From Utricularia gibba (taxonomy: Eukaryota; Plantae; Magnoliophyta): a stretch of DNA of 64,000 bases. Positions 50,781 to 63,195 of this stretch are shown here, piece by piece; the stretch's first letter is position 1, and each line of letters begins with the position of its first letter. Made by a program: the position numbers and the translations under genes. The stretch covers positions 992,001-1,056,000 of the forward strand of contig NEEC01000018.1 in assembly GCA_002189035.1 (NCBI GenBank), given 5' to 3'. Under the pieces are notes generated by a model, which saw only the letters and a list, made by a program, of their open reading frames with translations, made no database searches and was not told the DNA's origin.

Positions 50781-52265
50781 CGATGAATGGTGACGACTTT
50801 GACAAGTCAATCCCACGTCACGGTTTATACTTTGGCCCGTCAACGCTCATGGTCTTTTCTTTAGTCATTATTGATATTATAAACAACTACGACTAAATGA
50901 TAAAAATAAAGAAAAACCCAAGAAAAATACAAAGAATACCAAACACCTCATTTATTTAAGGAAATAAATATTTTATACATTATTTGAAACAAAATAGTCG
51001 ATTTATTATTTTTTCAGACAAAAATTATTCATCCTGACAAAAACGTTTGGTGACCGGGTCCAAAAAGAAATGAATTGGTGTCACTTCCCAGTGAAAATTC
51101 TTGTTTTTTTAATTATAGGGCGTCAATCAAGGTCTAAGTCGATGTATTTCTTAATTTATTTTATTTGAGTGGAGGACAATCAAATTCAATTTCAGAATCT
51201 ACCTTCCCCGGGTCGTCCCGATGATGATATCCGGACATGTATCATACACTCGGATTAGAGATGTGACAAGACCCCGTGACCCATCAAATACGTGTCCGAA
51301 GTGATTTTTATCATGCCCTTAACTCATTCAAATAAACCCTTCGGGAGTTGGGATAATAAAAGGTGTATTTAAAAAAATAATATAAAATATGTAGATTATA
51401 TTAGATAAAGTTATTGGATTGATAGTATAAGAATATAATATGTAATTAATAAAATCATAATTTTAAATTCCGGTGAAATTTAAAATTATTTAATATTGTA
51501 TGTAAATTGAGTTTATTAAACGTTTTTTAAAATCATCTTGTTTCAAATTTTTATGTATCTGATAGTTTGATAGTAATTATTATATACAATATTAATATAA
51601 GATCCAAATAGGAAAAAATCATATGATTATAGTTTCGAATTTCAAACCTCGTAAAATATAGAATTTTATATATTGAGTAAGTTAGTATTTCAGAGCATAT
51701 AAACAAAGTCATCAAAATAGAATCTAATTCATAACTGAACCAAAGTCAAATGAGAGAATAATTCTAGTTAGCACGAGTCACGAATAAGTATGAACGAAAT
51801 ATCAAAAATCATCAACAATGAATATATGTGAATGTGGTCCTTTTTTGTGCATCATAACTTATATATAGTGGTGTTGTCAAGATTTTCCATGAGTATGACT
51901 AAAAAATTGCATTAATATTCTTATATTCATTTTGATTCTTTAATAATTGTAAATTAATAATAATTCAAATTTTTAATTTTAAAATATGCATATACTTTGT
52001 AATATTTCATGTAGTTTATTACAGAGTGAATTTATTATTTTTAACCATGTCATAAACCTAATAAGATTGCAATAAACTACATTTAAACACACGTGAAGGA
52101 TGATGGAGTTGTAAGAGAGGGGAGGGTTGTGTAATGTCATAAAAACCCCTGCGATGCAAAAAAAAAAAAAGGAAAAAAGAAAGATGCAACACGAGGCCCA
52201 AGATATTCACAGTCACCGGTTTACCCCTAGAAGCGGACTTACAGTTTACTGCCCGACAGACAAAA

Positions 52266-52954
52266 TTAAATCGCCTTCCACGACTCCAAGGTGGGAAAGC
52301 AACAAAAGGAGTCAAAGTCAAGCGCCGGCGTGCTCAGTCCGCTGCCGTCCATCGCCGGTGAACTCTGCGCCTGTTGCAGGAGCTGCTCTATTCCCCCTGT
52401 CCCTAGAAAGGGGGCAGCCCCATCGACCAAGAAACCTGACGTGTCCAGAGTCGGCATCACCCTCTGCGGCTCCGGCTTCATCACCGCCGTGACCTGGCCC
52501 TTCACGCCGGTGATCTGCTGCACCATCTGCCGAAAACTAGCAGGATCCGCTGTGAAGAACGTCGTCATCGCCCTCTTGGTGGACCGTGACTTCCGCTTCG
52601 AGACCCTCCCAGTGGGCGGCGTGGGACGCGCCCTCTCGTGACGACAGAGGCGTCGTTTTCCGATCCACCGGAGGCGCTGGGAGTCGCTGGCCCCCCAAAC
52701 TTGTTACTAGTAGTGGTGGTGGTGGTGGTGGGAGTAGCACTAGAGCCCTCCATCCACATCCCCAGCATCTCCGACGAACCAAAGAAATCAGCGCTTTGGG
52801 TGGGCACAAATGTACTCTGCAGAGCCCTAGCGATAGCATCCGCTTCCGTGGTGCGCATCAAATCCGAGATACTAAAGCTCTCGGGGAATGCCGGGGAACG
52901 ACATGACGGTGCGCCGCCCCAGTTGTACGCCAAGAGGTTGTCCGAGGAAGTCAT
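52266..52954 (-). CDS. VQ-motif protein, apparent frameshift at ~52630
   Basis: TTFFTADPASFRQMVQQITG (FxxxVQxxTG), preceded by KRKSRSTKR, C-terminal FPTLESWK. The N-terminal half from ATG 52954 is in another frame. Confidence 0.88.
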
Positions 52955-53508
52955 TCCGCACCCTTGTTTTTCCAATCAGGCGCGCCGGAATCGCCAGAGC
53001 TGTTCGGAGAAGGAATGAAGGGAAGAAGAGTGGGTAGAAGCTGAATAAATAGGGGGGATGTGGGAGCGAAGCGCGTTAGACGTGTACGGACCATGGGCTA
53101 GAAGATGATGCTATATCGTGGCGTGGGACCCGGCAAAGGACGCCGTCCTCACTTTGACTGTCGAGCCGCGCTCCTGCATCTGCATCGGCTCCTCCCTCTC
53201 CCTAACGCATTATTCATTCACTGCAAATTCAAAAACAGCCACAAACGAAGAAAAAAAGAGTACGGACGACGACACCCCAAACGAATTCCTGTCCATTCCC
53301 AAGGCCTTCAAAATAGAAAGGAATCGGAACGAGAACCCCAGTTCCTCTTAGTGACTGTTGGGGGGAGTTCTCAGATAAATACGAGATATTCCCAAAATCA
53401 TTACATTGCTGTAAATATGATATTGGATAAAAGGTGTGAAATTTCAATTGGATGAAATTTAATTAACATTGATGTATTTGATAATGATTTGGATCTAATA
53501 TATGGGTA

Positions 53509-53698
53509 GAGTGTGTTTGATTATTAGTATAAATTATACCATATATAAAAAGTGGTATATGAAGAGATATATAAAAAAATGATATATTACATTATAATTT
53601 TATTTCATATTTATGGAATAAATTATCCCAATTATTAAAAATCACGTTTCAATTTTCTCATTTAATTATCCACATTATATTTTCTATCAAACACACTC
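53509..53698. mobile_element. Tourist-like MITE
   Basis: TIRs GAGTGTGTTTGAT / ATCAAACACACTC, imperfect GTA/ATA flanks. Confidence 0.65.
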
Positions 53699-55299
53699 AT
53701 ATGTTTTAATTTGTTAGATTGAGATCATGTTATTGAAGTACTCTCGAATCCATTTAAATCGTATTCGACTGATTTTTAAAATCAAGTTATTGTTTTCCAC
53801 AAGTTTATTGAGTCATATGAATCGAGAAATAATTTAGTACACCATATACAAGTTCCTTACCCTTTTTTTGATCGTTTTCGTTTTGGTATACACAAGAGTC
53901 GAATTTGTAAGAATAGTATGATGGCATTTAGCTTCGGAATCTCTGTCAACATTCTGGTTAGGTTGGCTAGTTGGACTAGAAAATTCTTCAAGGACTTGGG
54001 GGTGCTGGCGGGTTTCTCCCGAGTACATGTTCTCCCAAGTGCTGCTGCATTTTAGATTTTAGTACTGAAACAAGCGAGAAATGGGAAAGCTGTCGTGTAA
54101 TAGCGCGGTGCAATGTCCGGAAGGGACGGCGGCTTCCAGAAGAAGGGCGAATGCGTTACACTGATTTCCGTTTCCGACAATCGGAGTCGGCGCGAGCAAT
54201 GACGTCGTGATGACGTTTGGCTGACGCCGCCCTGACGTGCATGCATTCCAATTATGTATCCATAAATTATATTATATTATAGTAGTAGAAGAGCTTCTCC
54301 CCCACGACACGCAGTGCCGCTGGACAGCGCGGCTCGGCTCGGCTCGGATCAGCTTCTCCAGCCGCCCACCACTCCACAGATTTGAAGGATAAAATTGTAG
54401 ATTTATTCCAATTTTAAATCATGAAGTGGAAATAAGAAGAAAGTACATTCAACGTCAATTTGCTTGAGATATGCAAATCCGTACATCATTTTGTTCTTCA
54501 CGGGGATAGGAATCTGTATGTGTGTGTTTGAGGTGATGAATTATCGGCGTGTTATGAATCTTTTCTTAATACGGACGGAGTCGGCGTCGGAGTCGGAGGC
54601 GGAGCACGGGGCGACATTCATTGCGGGGTTTGTGCTTGGCGGTGGAAAACGCGTTTTCTGGTGCTGCGGGCCCCACGCCCCGTCTGACCACGCGCTCTAC
54701 GCTGTCGCCTCCTCTCGTCGTCCTTTGCCTTTTCCTCTCTCTCAATAAACGGCGAAAACGGATGGATTGGGATGGCCGCATGAATATAAATAATATAATC
54801 CAAACCTTTATTTATTTATTTTTTTTGGAAGAAACATTATTAAGATTACTAAAAAAATAAATAAATGAGAAACATGTGAAAATACCTTTTTGCCCCTCCT
54901 AGTCAGTCAACCGGGTGCTTTGAGTGAATGAGAGTTGAGTTGAGTCCTCACGCAAAGCGCACCGCGGAGGAGGAGAAGAAGTGCTCTGGATGGTCAAAAG
55001 ACACGTGTACCACCACCCTCACTCGATTTAACTGGGACCCACAGTCCGTATCACAAATTATTTTGATTTAAATATATTCGTATTTAAATCAAAAATTAAT
55101 GTATTATAAAATGGTAATTTTTAATGGATCACCTATAATCACGGACGATGCGACACAACTGCAAGAGAGTGAGACAGCTAATTCTTGCCACCAAAACTCG
55201 GGAAGAAGAAGAACTAAGGAAGAACGCGTAAGGTATAGGTTTATTTTACATTTTTTATTTTTTTAAAGAAATATAATCATTTACTAGATGCTAACATTT

Positions 55300-55536
55300 T
55301 AGTTGTATTCTAGAAAATTTTTAAAATCTATTTTTATTTTTTAAAAATAAAAATATTTTTTAAAAAATATTATTAATTATAAAATTATTTTTATCAAAAA
55401 AATACTTTTGAAATTATATTACAAAAATTATTTTTGAAAAAATAATTAATAGTTTAATTTTAATTCTTATTTCTAATTTTTTAAAATAATTTTAAGAAAA
55501 TAAAAATAGATTTCAAAAATTGTTTAAAACACTATT
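55300..55536. mobile_element. Second, more decayed copy (opposite orientation) of the 17008-17241 MITE
   Basis: Interior AAAATTATTTTTATCAAAAAAATACTTTTGAAATTATATTACAAAAATTATTTTTGAAAAAATA matches the reverse complement of the first copy, and the termini are similar. Confidence 0.7.
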
Positions 55537-56849
55537 TTATCATGAAAATTAGAATTGCAATTGATTCTAATCGTAACTATGATTGTGGTTCCAATTATGA
55601 TTCGGTTCGATTCGAGTTCCAAACCAAAATGGAACGATTTGAAACCGGTTGCAACTTGAATGGAAATGAGTGAATCCATCCATGCATCTTGAAATGATAG
55701 ATGTAAACGCGATCGGGAAAAGGGGAGTTGGAGATCCACTTTTTATGGGTCCCGGATCCAACCCGCATGTCCATCCTTTCAAAAGGTGCGGTGCCCCCAC
55801 ACGTGCGTATCCCTTCTTGCTTGCTTTGCTTTGCTTTACACCGCACCAACATTTATCCATCTCCATGTATCCTGATCATCTTCCTCTCCTGCTGTGGGAT
55901 CAAGTGACCATTGCTGGGAACACACACATACATGGCTGTTTTAGTAGTGTATTCCAACTTCTAGTTTTGCTTTATTTTCTGATCATGTGATGAAACGTGA
56001 GTCTGTCTGTCTATTTGTGGCTTCTGGTAAGGTAAAGAGGAACAGTTGCTTCAAAAGACACGCAATCTGCACGCTTGGATCTGGTTATTCTTTTGAGGGG
56101 TGTGGATCGGATCCACGTAGTTGTGTTGCGTCATGTTCTGGGAAAAAGTGTCGCTTAGGGATTGGAGAAAGTTGGGCGAGTCGAGGTGCTATCATGCCCG
56201 ACAGAATAAAGTGCAACAGGGAGAGAGCAGCAGCAGCAGCAACTGCTGCTATGTGTGTCTCTTCCTAAAAGCCTTCTTGAGCTCTCTTTTACTACACTGC
56301 AAAGTGCTTTCGAGGGAGGCCCATCATCGTATTGCATGCACTGTGGCGTGTTCCTGCAAGAAGAATGTTCAAACTATTGAAAATATGATATTAGAGAAGA
56401 GGTGTTAAATTCTACATTACTAATTGAAATCCATTTTAAATAGTGTATATGATACGACATCATATTAGTCTTGATAGACTTGATTATGAACGTACATGGT
56501 CTAATTTATTTGATTGATTTCTGTAGACTAAAATCATATTCTCAATGAATCTCTTGAATCCTAAGGAATCCATAAATCATTCAATACAGTGTGTATAGAT
56601 ATCTAAGATTTTGACTGTCTTTCTCATTTAGGTGTTCGGTTTACAATAGAAACTCCCTGTAGATATGTTGAAGAAGATTGAAGCTTTGGCAACATGGATT
56701 TTAATACCAAAATGGACTCACATTGTGCATGCGAACAGAGAAAAGAACCACACAACAAATCCAACAGCATGAATACAGCTTAGGACGCCAAAAATAAATT
56801 GATGATGTCTTAGTGAAACTTCAGAGGGGATGCTCCAGGAGTGTCTGGT

Positions 56850-58282
56850 CTAGTTGGTGAGTTCCATGATGGCAGAGACGATGTCTCCTTGCGCATCCTT
56901 GAGAGCTTTCACGGCCCTGGCTCTGGATACACCAGCCTGGGTCATTACCAACTCGATGTCCTTTGGCTCGACACCGGTCTCGTCTACCTCCTCATCATCC
57001 TGTGGGAGAGCTGTTGATTCACTCTTAGGGATCAAGTTGTTGAGGTTGGGAGCCTTGAACTGCTCAGCTGCTTGAGTTTGGAGCTGTGAGCTCAAATCCT
57101 CGATCTTTGCCTCACCAAATATGACATAGGTGTCTGAATTGGGACTCTTGAAAACATCAGGCTTCGATATGACAAACAGAATCTGAAATTCAAGTATGGG
57201 GTAAGCTTAAGTTGGTCGGTTGATATAAATAGTTAAGGCTCTACATATAAGGAAGAAACTGACGTTCTTGCTCTTCTTCACGGTGACCCTGCTCACCCCA
57301 GTGATTGGTTTCATTCCCAGCTTCAGCATTGCCTTGCGGCTCTTCTTCTCACTTCGGCTCTGCTTTGACCTGCCGCTAGCATCTTGTCCTACAGCAACAA
57401 AAAAAAAAAAAAAGATCCAACTTTTAGTTTCTAGTCAGCACACAAAAGCTCAAACTAAACCTATGTCGAAATATATAAAACTTCATGGCGGAAACTGAAA
57501 GCAGACAATGAAACCACAAGTTCAAGAGAAAAAAGCTCCACTCATAATGTTTATCGCATTTTCAAAGATACAACTAGGAATTTAAACCATCCAATGGAAT
57601 GAATTTCTAAATAGAGAAATACCTTCAGCATCAACATCATCATCCTCATCATCGTCATCATCTTCATCGTCATCATCCTCAATCACAGGCTCATCCTTCT
57701 ACACAAAATTCTTAAAAATTACAACCTTACAAATTATGTTAATGTTTTCGGTCCTCGCCTCATTTGACAGCTTCATCATTCTTATGGCCAACCATCAGAC
57801 ATACTTACATGAGTAAATTCAGGAACTAAACACGGATACGCACTCTAAAATTGAAGTGTATATTTTGGTTAGTTAATTCATCAATCACATGAGGGCCATA
57901 ATGATAAGGCACACGTCAGCTCAATGAGCAAGATACCACAAACAGAAGCACATGTCTCATCTCTGGTATCATAACAAAAAAACTTGAATCCTCATCAAAT
58001 GAAAGCTGACTGCATTCACTTCATAACCCTAACCTAAGTTGTGATACACATGGACGCACACACACTCCCATGAATCCAAGCTTTTCAACAAAAAAAAACA
58101 ACAACAAACTGCTTGTCGGAAGTTCAAATCTATGTAGCGGCGTAAGCAGCCGACACACGTATAACGACTACTCAAAATTGAATCTCCACCGATAAAAATA
58201 CTCAAGAAAGGGATAAATGGATTACATCAATTTTCTGCTGCTCGAGATGCGCCGCCAGGAGTTCTTCTTGTGACTGAGTCAT
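56850..58282 (-). CDS. NACA: Nascent polypeptide-associated complex subunit alpha
   Basis: Exons 58282-58226, 57698-57623, 57388-57264, 57182-56850. [34 protein letters not shown]-like [13 protein letters not shown]. Confidence 0.96.
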
Positions 58283-58363
58283 GCTTGATTCCCGGCGTCG
58301 GAGGAGCTGCAATTCCGCAAAGGTTCCTCCTCCACGCCTCAAGAAACCCTCGATTTTATCCGT

Positions 58364-58425
58364 AGGCCCAGTAGATTATTATTCAGGCCCTATATTCCAC
58401 AAGCCCAATATCATTCCAAAGCCCA
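58364..58425. promoter_or_regulatory. Site II cluster upstream of NACA
   Basis: AGGCCCA at 58364 and AGCCCA at 58402 and 58420. Site II motifs are common upstream of translation-machinery genes. Confidence 0.55.
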
Positions 58426-59013
58426 GTTGGACTTCAACGACAAATCAAGGGTTGAATCACCCTCACGATCATGGTGAGTCGGTGACCATCGACACTGAAC
58501 TGGATCGGGGTAAAAATACTGTTAGAGTTGTAATCGATTCAAAATTAAAAATTATATGATTTGGAATTGATTTGATATATTTGAAATTGAAAAATGGTGA
58601 TTCCGATCCATGCGAAATAAATAATTTAAAATCAACGAACAGTTGATTTTGATTTTAAATAGTATAAAAAATCTTAATTTTCATGATAAAAATTTGAAAA
58701 AAAATATTAAAAAAAACGATGTCATATGTATGTGTTTTGATATATTTGGATTTTGGTTCGATTCTATGTTTTTTATTCTATTCGAGATTTAAAAATCCAA
58801 TTTAGATTCAAAATTAAGTGTTTTTTATGAATCCAATTTAGATTCAATTTCTGTTTCAAATTAAGTGTTTTTGAACTGATTTTTATTGAAAATAGAAACA
58901 GTTTCTGTTTTTTTGAAGCAGAAACATTTAAACAATCAGAAGTGCTTCAATCTTTTTTGAATCAGTTTTATACCTGATTTTATCAACTTTTGAAGCACTT
59001 TTTTTAAAAGCTT

Positions 59014-59520
59014 TTAATGAAATAGAAATAAAGATACCCTTAGTTTTTGAACAGTTCGAAAAAACCGTTCGGTTGGAGCGGTCACAACTCTGGCTACCGT
59101 TGGCTCCAAAGGTGTAACTTGAAACCTGAGTATGGAGTTGTGGAGCAGTCCTTCCGTGGCTGTTGTACACCGAAAATGGGCGTGGGTGAGCTTCGTAACC
59201 GGGCGGGTATGAGGGGTGTGCAAAGGTGCTTCTTGGTATATACCTGGTGATGAGCTCATGATACCTGCTGCAGTCGCCAAAGAAATTTCCTGTACTGCCA
59301 CCGAGGACGAGTGGGAGGCGTAAGCATAGCCCGTCTGCTGCGAAGCATTCGCACCCTTGTCGACAGCCCTCTGCAGTTTGTGTACATTTTGATGGCCTAC
59401 CAATGCTTGCTTGCTGGTAAACTTCCTTCCACAGTACTTGCAGCTGTATTGTCGATCTTTTTCATGGTTTTCTTCTCTTTGGTAAAGTGATAATGCTTGA
59501 CTGAGTGAGTGCCTATTTCA
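59014..59520 (-). pseudogene. Single C2H2 zinc-finger (ZFP-like) gene, probably degenerate
   Basis: YSCKYCGRKFTSKQALVGHQNVHK. No clean in-frame ATG or exon traced upstream, and no clear C-terminal EAR motif. Confidence 0.6.
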
Positions 59521-60015
59521 AAAAAAGCACACCTTTCCATTAATCAGATCAGTGTTGTAAATCCCCTGCATCTCTTGTTGGTGTAGATGACTGAGATCTG
59601 TCTGAATTCCTTTCAGTTACTTCTTGTTTCTCCGGAAGTCATCTCTGATGTAAATGACCCTCTTTTTCAAGTGCAGAATGGTAATATCCATAAAGCAAAT
59701 TACTTACAGTTCTCCTAAATGCTGAAACACTCTGCTAATGACTCCAGATGTACAGGGATGGGGACGAAGACCTTGTTCTGATGCTCAGTAAAACTGCAAG
59801 TTAGCTATAGAAAACAGAATAAAATCTTGAGAGGCAATAGGGATAAAGCTTTCAGTTTTCTGTGCAACCGTAGTAAAGTGAAACAAAACACCTCTGCATT
59901 CACTACAGATGCGATTACACAACACATCATTCAGGTTACATGCCATTTTCACTAAATTAGCTGTTGAGCCCCCTCGGCTTATACTAAACTGGCTCACTTG
60001 AAGGTTAAAATACCC

Positions 60016-62572
60016 TCAAGCAGTCACGAAATTGGGGCAGATCCCTTAAAAGGAAGCACACATGAGTAAGTAACATATTTGATGCTGTCAACCAACACAA
60101 CGACAAAAATTCTTGAGAGGCTCTTGGCTCCCATCACACCATCCATGTCAGTGTCACCGGACTCTCGAGGATCGAAGAGAACTGAAACAATCATGGAGGT
60201 TGAATTAGTGTGTTCATGGAAGCCATCTTGCTCAGAACTGCTCCCTGCATGCTCTGTGGAAACATTTTGTGAGGATTCTTGAAATGGGAAGGGATGGAGA
60301 AACCTCCGATTCAACCCCTTGCTCAGATGTGTGGAATTGCCGCTCTGGTTTTCTGCAATGTTTTGTTTAGCTGCTGCCGGAACTATGGCAGTGGAGACAT
60401 CAAACTGGAAGACTTCAGTGCACATGCCTGCTGTCAACATGGGACCTGCACATGACGAGAGGGTGTAAGGCTTTTAAAAGGAATTGAAAACGGGAAGCAT
60501 CTCAGGTTACTCATCAGAAACTGATACATGGGGTAGAATCAAAAACTAGTCAATAGCATGCACTGATGAAAATAACTGAGAAAAAATAAGAATTGAACAG
60601 ACAAAAACATTATATTCACAGGGGAAATTTAACCATGATTACCAGCAAGGCCTTCACGGAACCATTGCTGTAGAGCACCATCAGTTTCTGCTGCCTTTTT
60701 ATCATCCTTGCTCAATGAACCAAGAGCCCTCACATGTGAATGCATAGCACTGCTGCTCATTCCCATGTCTGGTAGAGCTACAGCAGAAGCAACATCGCCA
60801 TGGACGGCCAAACCAGTTTCACTATCAATCTTTGGATTAGATGCCATAGCCTTCTCACTTGCCAACACAGAATTGATAATCAGGTTTCCGTCTATCTTAA
60901 CAAGCTTATCATTTCTGGGAACATATAAGGAAGCAGCTAAAGGTTCGCTCCTATTGTTCAAACCTTGAAATTCATTATCATGGCGGCTCTGATTTTTTTG
61001 ACCAGAATGTACGCTACTGTGAGCGGTATCCGTATAATTGTTGTTATACTCTGACTCATTAAACATCAATACTCTCCTGTGATGATTTTCATTGACTCCT
61101 CCTCGGAGGTACTTTTCTCCAATCACTAAGGAGGCACTCTCTTCTCCGTATCTTACATTAATCAAAGGAACCAAGCATCCAAATAGCATCGTGAAAAACA
61201 GTAAACCTAGAACACTAACACCAGCAACCTTCTTGGACTGAGGACCCTCACTTTTCTTACTTTCTACCTTCTTAGTTTCCACAGCCTTACTTTCCACCTT
61301 CCTAGTTTCAACTGTACTTTCAACCTTCTTAGGTACAGCTTTCTTACTCTCAACCTTACTAGTTTCCACCTTCTTTGGTGTTTGGGTTTGCTGCTGAGGT
61401 TTCAACCTTGGGATGGGCACTAAGGGCACTTGAGACCCATGCGGTTTCACCAGATAAGGTGGGGCATATGGCATCCATGGATAAACCATGGCAGGGTGCG
61501 GTGGGTACATTGCCGGAGGCAGGGGTGCCACAGTTGGAGGAGGAACTGCCGGAGCACCACCACCACTGCTCATTTGCTGACGCAAAGCTCCATTTTCAGC
61601 CATGAATAAGGAAATCTTTGAGTTCAAGTCCTGGATTGTTGAATGCATACTCCTTACCTTATCTTCCAATTCCTCCACATAATGCTTCTTCCTCTGCCTA
61701 GACAACTGGGCACTCTCCCGATTCCTCGTCAACCTTGCCTTCCTTTTCTCTTCCTCTTCACTCATAACTGGAGCACCACTTCCAATATCACCATCCATGA
61801 CAAGAGAAGACTTCCTACACTTATTAGACACCGAATTCGTATTAAGAATATCTTCGTGATCGGTTTTCCTTTTCAACGAAGAACGATTTTCACTGGAGTT
61901 ATCCGAACCCATTATTCTCTTCTTCTGATCAACCACCCCCGTCAAAATTGAACTTTTAGTACAGCTTGGAGCATAACTCACGGATCCAGCTGGCGAGCCA
62001 TCCGAACCCTCTGAGACATTGTACACTAAATTTTTGGAACATTGGGAATTCTGGGAAAGGCAGATCGTTTCCTTCACATCACCGCCCTGATCATCAGAGC
62101 TACCGGGGTTTGAACCGTTTGATTCCGGTGAATGCATGTTCAGATACTCCGAAATCATATTAAATTCTTCCCCTCCGGAAACATAATTCAGAACCCCAGC
62201 ACCATCCCCCATCTCATCACCGAAAACATCGCAGCCTACACCAATATGCTGTATCTCCGAAGACGTCGATTTGAATACAGCAAGCATCTGGTCCGACGTC
62301 AAAGCCAAATCAGGGAAACCACGACCCCTATCAGCCTGGAAATCAAATTGGCACTGCCCATCAGGAGAAAGAAGACTCACCATTTCACCGGGCAAAGGAA
62401 GTGAGATATCATCGAAGCAGAAATCGAAATCAAGGTCATCCAAAACGACGCCGTTGATCAGATCACTCGAATCAATGCCAGTGCCACCATCACTTCCGCC
62501 GTCTCGTGTACCGTCCAACTGCTGAGTAACCAGACCCGATTCCGACTCCGGTGGGTCAACGGCGGAGGTCAT
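60016..62572 (-). CDS. bZIP17: ER-membrane-anchored bZIP transcription factor, bZIP17/28/49 clade
   Basis: bZIP RKARLTRNRESAQLSRQRKK, TM helix VAGVSVLGLLFF, S1P-like RRVL, RNDKLVKIDGNLII, QQWFREGLAG|PMLTAGMCTEVFQF. Exons 62572-60643 and 60445-60016, with an apparent frameshift at ~60035. Confidence 0.93.
61250..61375 (-). repeat. Coding tandem repeat (~5 x KVE[S/T]) in bZIP
   Basis: KKVETSKVESKKAVPKKVESTVETRKVESKAVETKKVESKK; near-identical DNA units such as GTGGAAACTARGAAGGTRGAAAGTAAG. Confidence 0.8.
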
Positions 62573-62979
62573 TGCTTCCCTTGTGAACCCCGCAACCAAA
62601 AATGGTCGGTAATAGCGAGTGGAGTTTGAACAAGGTCTCCGACAATTAGGCTCCGCGCGTCGGCAAGTGAACTCCACGCGTATTCCATTTAATTTTTGAA
62701 AAATCCCCCAATATTTATTTATTCATGGGGGCGCTTTCATTCAGATTCTGTATCGTCTAACGAACCAATTAAGAAGGGCAGGTTCACTAATTAAACATGC
62801 TTAAGACGACTAATCCTGTCGGATCCCCAATTAATTGACATTTAATTTAACCAAGCACGTGACGCATGTGCGGCGAAGAGCGTGGAGCGCGTCATGCTTC
62901 ACGCGCTATCCAAAGATTATCCACAAGTTTCCCTTGTCAATTTGTAGTTTGCGTGTAAACTATTCAATTGTCTAAATTA

Positions 62980-63195
62980 TTTTTTTATTCCATTTTTGTT
63001 CCATGTGTAGTATTTTTAATTTTTTTTCTTTATAATGTATATCCATATACGATTTTAATTTTATTATTTAAAAAATGATAAATAAAATTATATTTATTTT
63101 TTATTCCGTTTTTGTTCCATGTGTTGTAATTTTAATTTTTTTTCTGTACAATGTATATCCATATACGATTTTAATTTTATTATTTAAAAAGTAAA
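62980..63195. repeat. ~116-bp tandem duplication (2 copies)
   Basis: TTTTTGTTCCATGTGT...AATGTATATCCATATACGATTTTAATTTTATTATTTAAAAA occurs twice; CCATGTGT at 63001 and 63117. Confidence 0.85.

Noticed and set aside
56218-56266. miR535-like sequence and (GCA)n hairpin
   Set aside because: The hairpin is ~50 nt and driven by the microsatellite; too many indels against miR535 and no proper star strand.
57916-57997. C/D-box snoRNA in NACA intron 1 (minus strand TGATGA...CTGA)
   Set aside because: The C box is non-consensus (TTGATGA), there is no D'/C' pair, the terminal stem is weak, and I could find no convincing rRNA complement.
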